Positions 29,057 to 45,948 of a stretch of DNA of 64,000 nucleotides are shown in pieces. How positions within the stretch are numbered: the first letter of the stretch is position 1; each line of letters opens with the position of its first letter. Both the position numbers and the translations under genes were made by a program. The notes under the pieces were generated by a model, which saw nothing but the letters and a program-made list of their open reading frames with translations, had not been told where the DNA came from and made no database searches. Origin of the DNA: the human T2T-CHM13v2.0 reference genome, Homo sapiens; the NCBI RefSeq assembly GCF_009914755.1, contig NC_060941.1, one strand, 5' to 3'.

Positions 29057-30781
29057 CTACTGGATTTATTTTTTAAAAAGATCATTCTGACTGCTGTGTG
29101 AAAACTGGATAAACAGGGTGGCAGGAGGGGAAGCAGTGAGGCCGTGGTGGAGATGGGGAGTGCCTGCAAAGGGATCTGAGCTTCCTTGGAAATCCCCCTG
29201 AGGCATGAGGCCGTTTTCCTCTCTGTGTGCATGGATCCTTCTTCTCTGACACTGTCTGTGTGCCCTCGGATCCAGCCCCTGCCCCCCAGCTCCATCTTTC
29301 TCCCTCAGATCCAGTCCTTTGCCCCTCTTTCATTCTTTTCTGCTTTCCTGTCTGCCTCCAGCGGTGCCTCTGATGCAGCCTCTGTCCGCAGGCCTGTTCC
29401 CCAGGTCAGGAGCAGGCCTTTTTGGTCTCTGTTGAGGATATTGCTGCAGGCAGCAGAGCTGAAGGTCCAGTGGACCCCTGGACTCCAGGTCTGCCTTCTT
29501 GGGCTGGGGGTGGTACTGCTGGCGCATCCAGTGTTTCTCTGATTTTTTTCCGGTCCTGGCCTGTGCCTCCCTCCCCTGCCCTGCCCTTTGTCTCCTCCTG
29601 GGGAAGGAGGGAACTTGTAGGGGGAGGGGGAATATGCGCCACCTCCCAGCTCCCTCCTGGGAAATAGCAACCATCCATCACGACCGGCAGAGCCCATCAC
29701 ACCCACAGGCAGAGCCATCAATTTCAGGGACACTGTGGTTGCTGGTTTCAGGGAGAGAAATGGTGGGTGTGTCCCGGGCCTGTGAAAGCCGCCTGCTCAC
29801 ACGCTCCCGTGCACAAACACTGCTGCCCCCTCCGCACCCTGAACCTGACTCCAGGTTAACCAACCTGCAGCTAGACCGGCAAGAATCCTGCAGGAGTGCC
29901 TGCTGCTGCATTTCCAGAAAACTCTCAGGTGCCTGCACTTGGATTCCCCACTTAGAAATTTCCTGTGGCTTAAAAAAAACACGTCCCCTGTTCTTCCTCA
30001 GCCCTTTTGGAAGCTTCTGGGCTGCCGCCTTCCACTCATGGCTGGTGTTTCCTCAGGGAAAGTAAATTTGCAATTTTAGCCTAGGAAAACATAATTAGAG
30101 AGGCAGATTTGCTTCAAATGGCATCGTATTATGTATCCTCAAGCCAAATAGTAATGATCTTTGAATTTTCCATAAGGCCATAAAACCACCGAAATTTGAG
30201 GCTGTCTGGATTGAAGAGGTCAGTCCGTATTTGTTGAATGCCTAGTGTGTGCAGAGTCTGGGCTGGAGGTTTGAGAGCAGGTGGAGGGGACACAAAAAAG
30301 ATGGAATTCCACTGCATGCCCGGTGCCCAGCCTGGCCAGTGGCCCCTCAGAGTGGGGCAGACCTGGGCGGCCTTGGGCTCTGCGAGCCTCAGGTTCTTCA
30401 CGTGTGTGTTAGAGATGATGCTGATGGGAGGCCTGGGCCCTGTGCTTGGCGCTCAGAAGAATAGTTTGTCTCCTTTCCTTTCCTTGTACCGTGAGGGTCC
30501 AGAGAAGGGGGTGACCCAACCACTCTTTGGGAGGCTTAGAATCACCAAGTCCCCATGGCACAGGGGAGTTTGGGATAGCCTTGAAGGAGAGACATTTTGA
30601 CTGGGGAGACAGCCAGCACTCTGGACAGCGGGAAGGAGCAGATGGCTGAGGTGGCTGAGCCCGAGGGAGGTGGACCAGGGAGGAGGGGCCACCTGGGAGC
30701 ACTGTGGCCGGAGGACCTGGTGAGTGAGGGGCAGTGGTGGGCTTGAACCCTGAACTTTGATGGCTCTAAAGACCACCTTCA

Positions 30782-31083
30782 GGCTGGGTGTGGTGGCTCA
30801 CAGCTGTAATCCCAGCACTTTGAGAGGCCGAGGTGGTCGGATCACTTGAGGTCAGGAGTTCGAGACCAGCCTGGCCAACATGATGAAACCCCGTCTCTAC
30901 TAAAAGTACAAAAATTAGCCAGGCGTGGTGGCACATGCCTGTAGTCTCAGCTACTTGGGAGGCTAAGGCAGGAGAATCGCTTGAAGCTGAGAGGCGGAGG
31001 CTGCACTGAGCTGAGATCGCACCATTGCACTCCAGCCTGGGTGACAGAGTGAGAGTCTGTCTCACAAAACAAAAACAAAAAAA
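30782..31083 (+). mobile_element. AluS
   Basis: Sense dimer with (CAAAA)n tail. Confidence 0.92.
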
Positions 31084-31441
31084 CACCGTTGTCCTCTAGA
31101 CTCCCCAGTTTATGTCTTAAGCTGGCGCTGTAGCCCTGGATGCTGCTGCTCTCAGAATAGGCACCTGCTGACCCACCTGGGTGTCCTGGGAACACTCAGA
31201 CGTGGGGTCTCCTGGTTGCACTCAGGATCCCCTTCTCTCCCAGCCCCCATCTCAGGCTGTATCAGTGCCATTATTGCCATGGCTCGGACCCCAACCTTGC
31301 AGTCACCCCTGGCTCTTCTCTCTCATACACTTGCCCCATCCCTCAGCAAATTCTCCCACCTTCAGAATACGCCTTAGAAGCCCACCTCTTCTCACCCCAC
31401 TGACTGACCCCAACCAGCTATTCCAACTCAGCAGCCGCTAG

Positions 31442-31877
<436 letters not shown>

Positions 31878-32830
31878 AGTGGGGTCTTTCTAAGTCATCA
31901 ATAAGTGTCCAGGTCCCTCCTCTACTCCCCGCTCCCTCATGGCCCCCCAGCTCACTCGAGTAAGAGCCCAGGTCCTTCCATTGGCCCCACCATGCCTGGC
32001 CCCATGTCCCTCTGGCTCCTCCTGCTGGTTCTGCCACTGTCCCTGGAGCACAGTGATCTCAGAATTTGCTTCCCCGGGCAGGTGGTAATGACACCACACA
32101 CAGCCCAACCCCAGCTCTGCTCCTTTTAACAGGGGGAGTGCATGTGTGCACGGGTGTATTTATGTATTTATTTTTTTGTTTGGAAGAGAGGAGTCCTCTC
32201 TGCTCTCACTTGGGGAGGGGGCCTCCCCAGCATCAGGGTGGGGAGCTCTGGATGGGCCAAGGAGGAGCTGAAGCAGAAGAGAGCAGTGCGAATGCAAGCC
32301 AGGCTGGATGCTGGGGTGGGGGCTCCATGTCCCGTGTGGTGTGTGTGAAAGAGACAGAGGCGGACGCAGAGACATGGCGACAGAGAGGATCCGTCTCCCC
32401 TGCTCCGGCGCTCATGTTTCCAGCCGTGTGCACTCAGGTCTCCCGGTATGCGTGTCTGTAGGCACCTGTGTACGTGAGTCTCTGTGTTTTAAAAGAAAAG
32501 TGATCAGTTTCATAACAAAATAACAGCCCCAGCAAGCACCCTAGCCAGCGGCGGGGAGATCAATATCCCCGTTAATTGAATGCAACTCTCGTAAATCAGG
32601 AGAGGGAGTCAGAATTAAATCTCTTTCCTGAGGTGGCCTGGAGAGCTCGTTCTCAGGGGAAGCAGACTGGACCAGAATCAGTGATTACCTCGTGGGGCAG
32701 GGAGGAAGGGGCTGAGCCTCAGGGGCCTCTTTGAGGGACCAGCCTGAAGGGAGTTGAGGATTGGGGCCTGCGAGGAAGTAGTGACCTGCCACTGGCCACC
32801 TGCGGAACCAGAGTTCCCCACTGGAGGGCC

Positions 32831-32867
32831 GCGTTGGTGGTATAGTGGTGAGCATAGCTGCCTTCCA
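32831..32867 (+). pseudogene. tRNA-Gly(TCC) 5'-half tailless retropseudogene
   Basis: GCGTTGGTGGTATAGTGGTGAGCATAGCTGCCTTCCA equals nt 1-37 of human tRNA-Gly-TCC and stops one base after the anticodon. Flanked by the direct repeat CCAGAGTTCCCCRCTGG. Confidence 0.9.
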
Positions 32868-34459
32868 GAGTTCCCCGCTGGCCCCGGCCCATCACCCTAG
32901 GCCTCAGGTGGTGGAGGGAACAGAGCATCTGGGTCCGGCCTGTGGCCTGCAGTGTTGGCTACTCTTTGGTCCCTTGGGACAGTGCCCGGAGGCTGGCTGC
33001 ACGAGGGTCGGCCTTGGGAAGAGGGGTGGGCGGTGATCAGAGGCCTCGCTTGGCATTCTTTTACTTTCCGAGTGAGAAACGATGGTTTTGGTAGAATGCC
33101 TGGGGCTTAGTATATGTGCAGAAAATATACTCAGGCCCAGGTCTCCCATGCCAGGTACACCGAGCTGTTTTGCAGATGCAGTGAGAAGATGCAGGGCTGG
33201 CGCAGGGGCAGTGTCAGCCCTGGGAGCTCGCCGTGTGACCTTGGGAAAGCCACTATATCTGCCAGACATCCTGGGACCTTGGGACCCAGGCAGGCTCTTG
33301 AGGTCACAGTGCCCATGGGAGGTGACTGAGCCCACGGGAGGTCACTGTGATGGGTTTGGGCCCACCAAGGGGTGGCTCCAGCAGGCAGGGAGGGAAGAGC
33401 TCTCAGGGAACACACCTGATAACCTGGGAAGTCACTGTCCCCTCTCCCCATCCCTGCCCAGAGCTGTCTGCAAAGCCCTCTGGTCTCAGAAGCTGTCTCG
33501 GGCCACCGTGGGTACCTTCACTGGGAGAGAGGCGTGTGGTTGGCAGGTCAGGGGCCTCTTTCAGCCAGTGCCACCCCAGGGCAGCCGTCGGCCCCCAGGG
33601 GCATGTTCTGGATTCCAACAGACTTTGCTGCAGAGCTGGCTGAAGTAATAATTATTAATCATCATAATAATTAATGATGATAATAATCAATGACAATAGC
33701 AAATAATAATAACAGCCACCCTCTATTGGGCACCAAGCTCACTAGAGCTTGGTGAGGAGGATCCCATCCAGGTCTGATCCAGGCCTGCACTGTTGTCACA
33801 GCCCCACGGTGCCGAGAGCCGGACCAACCACATGACAGCCACGTTTATTGGGGATGGGGTGTGAAAAAGTCCCAAGTTCCCAGTGCAGTCCCTGCCGGGC
33901 TGGGAGGGAGGTGGGACCCTTCAGGCTGCAAGTATGTCCTGTTGGCCCTGAGGGCTTCCTGATCATGACGAATGTCCCCAGCTTTTCTGTTGAAGGCAGG
34001 GCGGGACCAGAGACCTTCACTCCCCTACTGTTGGCCATGCCGTGGGTGGTCTCCTGGCCTGGCTTGGGAATAACCTGTCACTACAGGATCATGTGCCATG
34101 GCCTGGGCCAGACTCACTGCCACCAAGAACCCAGGCCCCACAGAGTCCTGGGTCTGAAGAGGGACAGTGAGTGGTGGATCTCAGGGTCACCCCCTCAGAA
34201 GGGGCTGCAGTCCTGTCCTCGGTCCCTCTGAGCCATTGAAACCTCGGGTGGAGCAATTTCGGGGTCGGGAGACTCACTGCTTTCTGATGTGGTCCATTCT
34301 GCTGTTGGGCAGGTCTAACTGGGACTTCATCCAGAAGGGGGTGAGACCTCACTTTGACTGAATGTCCATTACGAGTAGTGATAATAATAAAATCATTAAA
34401 ACTAGGTATGTGTGCTAGGTACATCTAAGTATAGGTATACCTGTAACTACCTATAGGTC

Positions 34460-35757
<1,298 letters not shown>

Positions 35758-36078
35758 GCAGGCAAGACAAGTGCCTTCTATTGCTTACTCCTTCACGCAG
35801 CCCTCCAAGGGTTGCCTCCTTTGACAGACAAGGGAGCTGAGGCTCAGAGAGGCTTGTGGGTCTAGGACATGCAGCACGGGGCCAGCCTGGTGGCTTGGTG
35901 GCTCCAAAGTTCTCGGTGCTTCGAACACAGGGTTGTTCCTCTTCCAAGCCCTCCGTGACCCTAACAGGCCTTGAGGAGGGCAGGGGGCTTCCTGGAGTGT
36001 GTCCCCTGACCCCACTGAATAAGAAAAAGCCAGCACAGTGAGGCTGGTATGGTATCAGGGCCAGGAGGTAGGAAGTCT

Positions 36079-36368
36079 CTTTTTGAGACAGGGTCTCACT
36101 CTGTTGCCCAACCTGGAGTGCAGTGGCTCGATCACGGCTCACTGAAGATCTCAACCTTCTGGGCTCAAGCAATCCTCCCACCTCAGCCTCCAGAGTAGCT
36201 GGGACCACAGGCATGTGCCACCACACCTGGCTAATTTCTGTATTTTTAGGGGAGATGGGGTTTCACCATGTTGGCCAGGCTGGTCTCGAACACCTGACCT
36301 CAGGTGATCCGCCCGCCCCGGCCTCCCAAAGTGTTGGGATTACGGGCGTGAGCCACCACGCTCGGCCA
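36079..36368 (-). mobile_element. Alu (J-like right arm)
   Basis: Antisense dimer; TSD aggtaggaagtcttt-like. Confidence 0.88.
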
Positions 36369-36539
36369 GGTAGGAAGTCTTTAGAAGGAAGCTCCAGGAC
36401 TGTGCTGGGCCAGTGACCTCTGCCCCGCAATGAAGCCCCAAGTGCCAGGCAAGAAGGAAACTGGCAGAGCCTGTGTGGAGAGGAGAAGGCGACCTCAGGC
36501 TGGTCCTGGGGCTCCAGATGCAGGGCACTGGCACAGAAC

Positions 36540-37070
36540 ATTTGGGATCCCCAAGGCCACCCTGAGGTCCAGTGATTTGCTAGGAGGACTCAGAACTCAG
36601 CACAGCCATGATCCTCACAGTGACAGCTTATTCCTGTGAAAGGATATGGATGAAAATCAGCCAAGGGGAGCGGCGCACGGGCGGGGCAGAGCCCTGGAGA
36701 CCCGCATGGAGCACTGGTGTTCCTCTCCCAGTGAAGCTGTGACAGCGCCTGCTCTCCCAGCAACGATATGGGACAACACACATGCGTGTTGCCAGCCTTG
36801 GTGCCCAGTGATGTTATGGGGGCTCAGTCTCAGAGACATGACTGACCACTCAGGGGCTGACCTCAGTCTCTGGCCCTTCCAGAGATCAAGCTGAGGTGGC
36901 ATGTCCCACCGTCAATCACAGGGAAGCACAGACTCCTGGGGGTGGCCCAAGGCCCCAGGTAGAAAAGGACACTCTTATCAGGGGACACTCCAAGGGCTGA
37001 GGGGTGAGCTCCCGGGAGCAGGTCCAGGGCAGGCCTTTCTTTCTAATGTGTGGGTGTGGACATCCCGGAG
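36540..37070. mobile_element. MER21-like LTR relic
   Basis: gatccccaaggccaccctgaggtccagtgatttgctaggaggactcagaactcagca...gaaaggata...aaaatcagccaaggg. Confidence 0.6.
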
Positions 37071-38592
37071 CTGCCCAGCTCACCTGTTACTGCACGCACA
37101 GTACGGGCTCTTGGTACCTGTGTGTTCTTCCCTGTGGCCCTTGAGTGGCTCAGTGATACCCTTTGATGTACCCCAGGGTCAGCCCACACAGACACACCCC
37201 AGGTTGCTCTCTCCTCTGCCCCCTCTCCCTGATAACCCCCCTCAGGGTGTCCTTGAGGCTGGGCCTGCGTTTGGTTCATCTGTGTTTGGTTCCTCTGTGC
37301 CCAGAGCCCAGCACCGAGCAGGCACATGGTAAATACGTGTGTATGCACGTGGATGATGGGGCCTCCTCTGGGGACAACCCTCCTGAGCCCTCCAGCCTCC
37401 CCTCTCCCTGACTCTCATGGGCCAGATCTTCACTGTTCATGTTCACGCTGCTCTGCCAGAAGCAGCCGGTTCAAGCTCACCTGGGTTCACAGCCTTCCTC
37501 TCTTAAAATGCATGTAACAAAGACATAAAAGAAAAGAAAGGAAAATGTACTATAAGCAGGACCAAAGGGCTCAGGGGCATCTGCACCAGCTGGAGAAAGA
37601 CTGGGTGCACTTGGTGGTGGGAGTGAGGCCCAGGGGATTGTCCCCTGTCCCCCGTGCCGGGGTAGATTGAATTCAAGGTTTGTACCCTGGTAATGGATTC
37701 TTCAGGGTTAGGGTGGTTGTTGCCTGGGAAACTCCTTCTGCCAGAGCAGTTTCGGCCTTGCCTCCTGCGGGGAGTGTTGGCTGTTATCCCAGTGGAAATA
37801 GCCCTGAAAGTCCCATCCCCCAGGATGTCACTTTCTAGACTGGGGGCGGGGGGTGCCAGCCTTTTGCTCGGTCTTGGCCTTGGTCCTGATGTCCTGCCCC
37901 CACCCTGTGCATGGACCCCTTCCAGGTGAAATGGTGCATTCCTGCCTGTCTCAGAGCCCACCTGTTGGCACCACCTTCCCGGGGTGTAAGAGGTGGAAAA
38001 TGGATTTTCTTCCAGCAACCCAGCGTGTCTCAGGGCAGCTTTTTCTGATTGATTGAAGCCAGTGTTCCACTTGTGGCTCCAGCCTGCTTCCTTTGCTGAG
38101 GACCAAGGCCTGGAGGCCCCTCGTAAGCTTGTGGGCACTGCACTTGTGTCCAGGCATTCATTAGGGCCACCCGGCTCCCTGTTCCCCCGCCAGGAACATC
38201 CTCTCCAGCTGTCCGTCTCCAGCCATGTTGCCTGTTCAGCAGCCTTCTGGGCTGGGCGGGGTGAACTTTGGGGCTAGGCTGCCTGGTTGGACTGATCTCT
38301 CATTTAATAACTGTGTGATCCTGAGCAAGTCACTCAGCCTTGCTGTGCCTTTGTTTCCTTCCTGATCTGTCCAATGGGAGCATTAAGAGGGACCAGGATG
38401 TTGCCATGGACATTAAATGAGATCAGAGTATAGAAAGAGCTTGGCAAGCGAGTGCTCAATGCCTGTTGGCTGTGTAACTGTCATTATCGTTAGTGGCATG
38501 GTTTTCTCGTGTCCTCCTAAAAGTCTAGGAAAAGTCCTGCCTCCCTGGGTGGCTTTATGATGTCAGGTACCTTCCTCCATAGAAAAGATTTT

Positions 38593-38914
38593 AGGCTGTG
38601 CGCAGTGGCTCATGCCTGTAATCCCAGCACTTTGGGAGGCCGAGGCAGGTGGATCACAAGATCAGGAGTTCAAGACCAGGCTGGCCAAGATGGTGAAACT
38701 TCCATCTCTACTAAAAATACAAAAATTAGCTGGGCGTTGTGGTGCACCTGTAAATCCCAGCTACTCAGGAGGCTGAGGCAAAGAATTCATTGAACCCAGG
38801 AGGTGGAGATTACAGTGAGCTGAGATTGCACCAGTGCACTCCAGCCTGGGTGACGGAGTGAGACTCTGTCTCAAAAAAAAAAAAGAAAAAAAGAAAAAAA
38901 AAGGCAAAAAAAAA
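38593..38914 (+). mobile_element. AluS
   Basis: Sense dimer with long A-rich tail; TSD agatttta. Confidence 0.92.
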
Positions 38915-38971
38915 GAACAGATTTTAAATGGCATTGATTTCCTAGGGCAGCACAAACTGATTGTGTTAAAC

Positions 38972-39488
38972 CAGCTGTCCCCAACCCCCTGGCATGGACC
39001 GGTACCGCTCCATGGTCTGTTAGGAACCTGGCTGCACAGCAGGAAGTGGGCGGCAGGCAAGCAAGTGAGGCTTCGTCCGTATTTACGGCTGCTCCTCATC
39101 GCTCGCGTTACCACTTGAGCTCCGCCTCCTGTCAGATCAGCAGCAGCATTAGATTCTTATAGGCGTGAAAACCCTATTGTGAACTGCACATGTGAGGGAT
39201 CAAGGTTGCCTTCTTCTGATGAAAATCTAATGCCTGATGATCTGTCACTGTCTCCCATCACCCCCAAATGGGACCATCTAGTTGCAGGAAAATGAGTTGC
39301 AGGGCTCCCACTGATTCTACGTGGTGGTGAGTTGTATAATTATTTCATAATAATGAAATAAAATGTACAGTCAATGTAATATACTTGAATCATCCTGAAA
39401 CCATCCCCACTGCCCCTCTCCCTGGGTCCATGGAAAAATTGTCTTCCACGAAACCAGTCCTGGGTGCTAAAAAGGTTGGGAACCACTG
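38972..39488. mobile_element. MER1A (hAT-Charlie) inserted in an antisense MLT1 (~38935-39850)
   Basis: TIRs cagctgtccccaacccc...aaggttgggaaccactg; internal gagctccgcctcctgtcagatcagc; duplicated ttaaac flank. Confidence 0.85.
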
Positions 39489-40947
39489 GATTAAACAACA
39501 GAAATTGATCGTTTCACAGTTCTGGAGGCCAGAAGTCTGAGATCAAGACGTCAGCAGGCAGTGCTAGGGAAGGATCTGTTCCAGGCCCTGCTCCTGGCCT
39601 TGACTGATGGGAGCACAATTTGAGTCTTCACATGGTGTCCTCTCTGTTTGTGAGTTTCAGACCAAATTTCCCCTTTTGATAAAAACACCAGTCATATTGG
39701 ATGAGAGACCCACTTCACTCCAGTATGACCTCATATAATCACTCATGACATCTGCAGTGACCCTGTTTTCAAGTAAAGTCACATGCTTAGCTATTGGGGG
39801 ATAGGGCTGCAACATACGAATTTGAAGGGGGGGCATCATTTAACCCATGGCAAAAATTATATTTTATAATATATGAAAATCACATTAAAACATTTTCTTT
39901 GATCTACAAGGGGTTTTTTTGTCCCCCGATTTTTAAAGAAATTCAAACATTTTCGAGGGCCCCTAAAAGCAGCGTGGGCCCTGGCCTGCACCTCCTGGCC
40001 CTGGTGGAGAAGTCAGCGCTGGTGCTGCCTACCCCACGGTGACAACACCAAGGCCCTGGGTTCCCCACACGGTGACAACACCAAGGCCCTGTGTTCCCCA
40101 GACCACATAGGCTGAAGGCCATTGGCCACCATCCCCCCAGTCCAGCCCCTCTTTTTCTTTTCCAACCAAGCATTTCCCAGGTCATAGATCTGTTGAGGTT
40201 TGAGGCTTTACGACATCTACTTTTGTTGTCACTTTTAGAAAAACCTCTCAGGGAGAGAAGCCTAATTGTATATGATTTGAAAATAGAAAGGGCTGTGCAA
40301 ATGGTAAGTCCAGTATAATAATAGTGATGCCAAATAATTGTGTTTTGAACAAGTTGAACTTGTTAAATCAGACAGATGCCATCTGCACTATTTAAAGCCT
40401 GTGCTGGCGATGGGTTTTACACAGACATGCTTGTCGCAGGAAAATTGCTGAATCCCCCAAAAAGTAAAGTGCTTTGCTTTGTAGTCGGGCGTATGATGCT
40501 TCCTCTCAGGAATGGGATGACTGCTGTCCCTGGGGAGCAAAAGCATATCAAGCATGTATTGAGCACCTCCTGTATGCTGAGTACTTTGCATTTGGCCTCA
40601 CAGCTTATCCTCACCAATAACTCCATTACTCAGATTTCACAGGAGTTAAAGCCTGTGTTCAGAGAGGTTAGGTAACTTGCCTAAGGTCACACAAATGTGA
40701 AGTGCAGCCAGGATTTGAACCCAGGACCTCTGACTTCCAGGGTTTCACTCTTTCCAATACATCTCTGGCTAATGTGGAGAGTCACTGACCCAGCGCTTGA
40801 AACTCAAGGACATCCCTTGATTTCTTTCTTTCCTGTGAGAGCGGCAGGAGAATTAAAGCTTGGCCTTCAGCAAGAGCAACGTGGTTGCTGAAAAGAACTT
40901 CTTGACAGCAGGAGCATCCAGGAGAACCTAGATTTTCTCTCTCTCTC

Positions 40948-41232
<285 letters not shown>

Positions 41233-41297
41233 GGTCCTGGACTCTCTTTTGCGGTGGATTAAAAACCATTTCCCCTCAGTTCTGCGGATGGTGATTA

Positions 41298-42096
<799 letters not shown>

Positions 42097-42289
42097 GTTT
42101 ATTGAGGTATATTTTTCATAAAGTACACTAATATTAAAGTTAGAACTTGATGGAGTTTTGATGGAGTTTTACATATGGACAGATTCGCCTACCAAGATTA
42201 GGTTACATAGGATATTTCTAGCACACAAGATTTCCTGTGTTCCGTCAGCGGAAGTCATTCTTAGCCCCTAAACCTAACTTCCACCCTGA

Positions 42290-42731
<442 letters not shown>

Positions 42732-43293
42732 TAGGTTATTGGGGTACAGGTGGTATTTGGTTACATGAGTAAGTTCTTTAGTGGTGATCTGTGAGATTTT
42801 GGTGCACACATCACCCGAGCAGTATACACTGCACCCTATGTGTAGTCTTTTATCCCTCACATAAGGCCACATTCTGAAGTTCCAGCTGGATATGAATTTT
42901 GGAGACACTCTTCAGCCTAAGTGATGGAGCCCCGAGCACAGGGCCCACGCTGGCCAGCATCTGGTTCCACACAGGAAAGCCAAGTCCCTGTCCTGGAGGA
43001 CTCAGGACTCCATTCGGGGTTTCAGGCTGGCCACTCACAACCACACCCACCGTGGGTCAGGGGGTTCAGAAAGTGACCTGGCTCTTGCAAGACGGATGGA
43101 GAGGAGCCTCGCTCCAGGGAGAGGTGCCTCCAGGAAGGGCTGAAACGGGTTGAGGTCCGTTCCAAAGTCTCTAGTTGACCTGGCAGGACCCCTGGCTTGG
43201 CTTGTCTTGACATAGGTTGTTTGTGCCCTGGGGTCTCTGGTTAGAAGGTAGGACAGGCGCCCAGTTTTTCTCCATTTTGCGTGCCTCCTGTCA

Positions 43294-43959
<666 letters not shown>

Positions 43960-44340
43960 CTAACCCAAGTCCCTGTGGCTGCTGCTTCAACCACATCAAT
44001 ATCAGTGCTGATCACGAATGCAAACAGTGCTGATGTCACACAGGTGCCGCTGGCCACGCACTTTACAGCTCTCTTCATTCAGTCCTCACCATGGTAGCTG
44101 CCCTTATGTCTTAAAAGATGAGACTGGTGAGCACAGAGAGGCTCGGTGACCTGCCCAGGGTCACATAGCTCATAGGGGTCTGAGCTTCCTCTCATCTCCT
44201 TGTATCATACTGGTAATGAACCTTGATGAGTTTTGGATAGATGAAAAATACTCCTACTTCCTTCTTCCTGAGGACTTTTTGAGCAAATGAAGCAGGTAGC
44301 TTTTACGTCTCTTCTCTTTCTTTGTAATCTCACAGAAGGC

Positions 44341-44793
44341 TGTCGTGCATTCAACTTTGTGCTCCAAAAAGCCATGTCCAAGTCCTAGCCCCAGGACCTG
44401 TGACTATGACCTCATTTGGATATAAGCTCTTTGCAGATGTAATCAAATTAAGAGGAGGTGCTACTGGATTTGGATGGGCCCTGGTTCCATGGCTGGTGTT
44501 CTTATAAAGAGAGGAAAGTGGACACAGACACACACAGGGGAGAAGGCCGTGTGAAGGCGGAGGCAGAGGTCGGGGTGGAGCAGCCACGGGCTGAGGAACA
44601 CTGAGGGCTGCTGCTACCTCTGGAAGCTGGGAGGGAGGCCTGGGGGAGGCTCCCCTAGAGTCTAAAGGCGCCGGCCCTGCTGCCACCTCGCTGTCTGATT
44701 TCCAGCCTCCAGAGCTGCCAGAGGAGAAATGGGTGTGGTTTTAAGCCACCTGGTTTGTGGAAATTATTGCAGTCACCCCAGGAAACTAACACA
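44341..44793 (+). mobile_element. MLT1 LTR
   Basis: ctttgcagatgtaatcaaattaag...ttccagcctccagagctg...ttttaagccacc...ggaaactaacaca. Confidence 0.82.
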
Positions 44794-44890
44794 AAAATGG
44801 TGGCATTTTTTATTTTAAGAGTTTTATGTTTGTTTGTTTTTGTCAAAGTTTGCCTTGGGCACTGAACTAGAGTGAGAGGACAGACTGGAT

Positions 44891-45025
44891 TGTGTGTGCA
44901 TGTGTGCGTGTGTGTGCATGTGTGTGCATGTGTGTGTGTGCGTGTGTACATGTGTGCGTGCGTGTTTGTGTGTGAGTGTGTGCGTGTGCACGCCTGTGTG
45001 CATGTGTGTGTGCATGTGTGTACAT
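44891..45025 (+). repeat. (TG)n/(TGCA)-type tract in intron 3
   Basis: About 135 nt of nearly pure alternating purine-pyrimidine sequence. Confidence 0.95.
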
Positions 45026-45948
45026 GGGGGGCTTGTTCCCCATTCCTGTCATCTGCCTTTTGTCCCCTCCACTTCGGTGTCTGCTTTGCTCCCACCTGTC
45101 ACCCTGACTAGTCCCCCGATGTGTATGGGGCCACTGCCCTTTCTTTCCTTAGGAAAGGTGGAGGTGGGAGAGTGTGATGGCTGTAGAGGGCGGGTGGCCA
45201 TTGAGGGTTCCTGCTATGCCTTCTCTAGTGGACAGCTCACTAGGCTCAGAAGAGGAGGAGAGGTGGGGTTTGCAGACCCGAACGGAGCCCAGGTTGGAAA
45301 AATCCTTCATCGAATTCCCATTATGTGCAGCCATAAAGACCAGTACCTTGTATAGGGATAAACGGAGCTTAAACTGGGCCTGCAAAGCCACGGGGTGAGG
45401 TGAGAATCAAAGGAAACCGAATTAATGTGTTAAAAAAAAAAAAAGGCAAGCAGCTTCCTGGAGAAAGACCCCCAGGGCTATCTTTGTGTGAGAAGATCTG
45501 CCAGCTGAGGGGAATCCATCTCAATAGAAGTTTGCAATGAGATAAATACTGCATATGACGGCTAATAAATGTCCCTGAGAGCTGAGTAGTAATCAACACA
45601 GGAAATAAATCCTCCAAAAATAAAAGCAACACTGGTATCGATGGTGAGGTGGAGGGCTGTGGTGGTGGCAGTCACCTCCTTTAAGATCCTGGGAAGGATT
45701 TGTTCTCAGGAAGCCAGTGATAATTTACCGGAGTTTTAATACCTGGCAAGTTCCCAGGCTTCTGCGGGTAGAATTTATTTTGGCACAATATGGCCTCTTG
45801 GGAGGAAATAGAGACAGACTCGGAGAGGCCCGGCTGTGCCTAGGAAAAGGCCTCTGTCACCTGTGTGACCCCTGGACAGAACCTAGCCAGGCTCTTGAAT
45901 GGAATTCCTCTGCCTGTTTCAGCCCCATGCACTGCCCTTCAGCACACA

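Noticed and set aside
32831-32902. Functional tRNA-Gly gene
   Set aside because: The 3' half (anticodon stem 3' side, T arm/B box, acceptor 3' strand) is absent.
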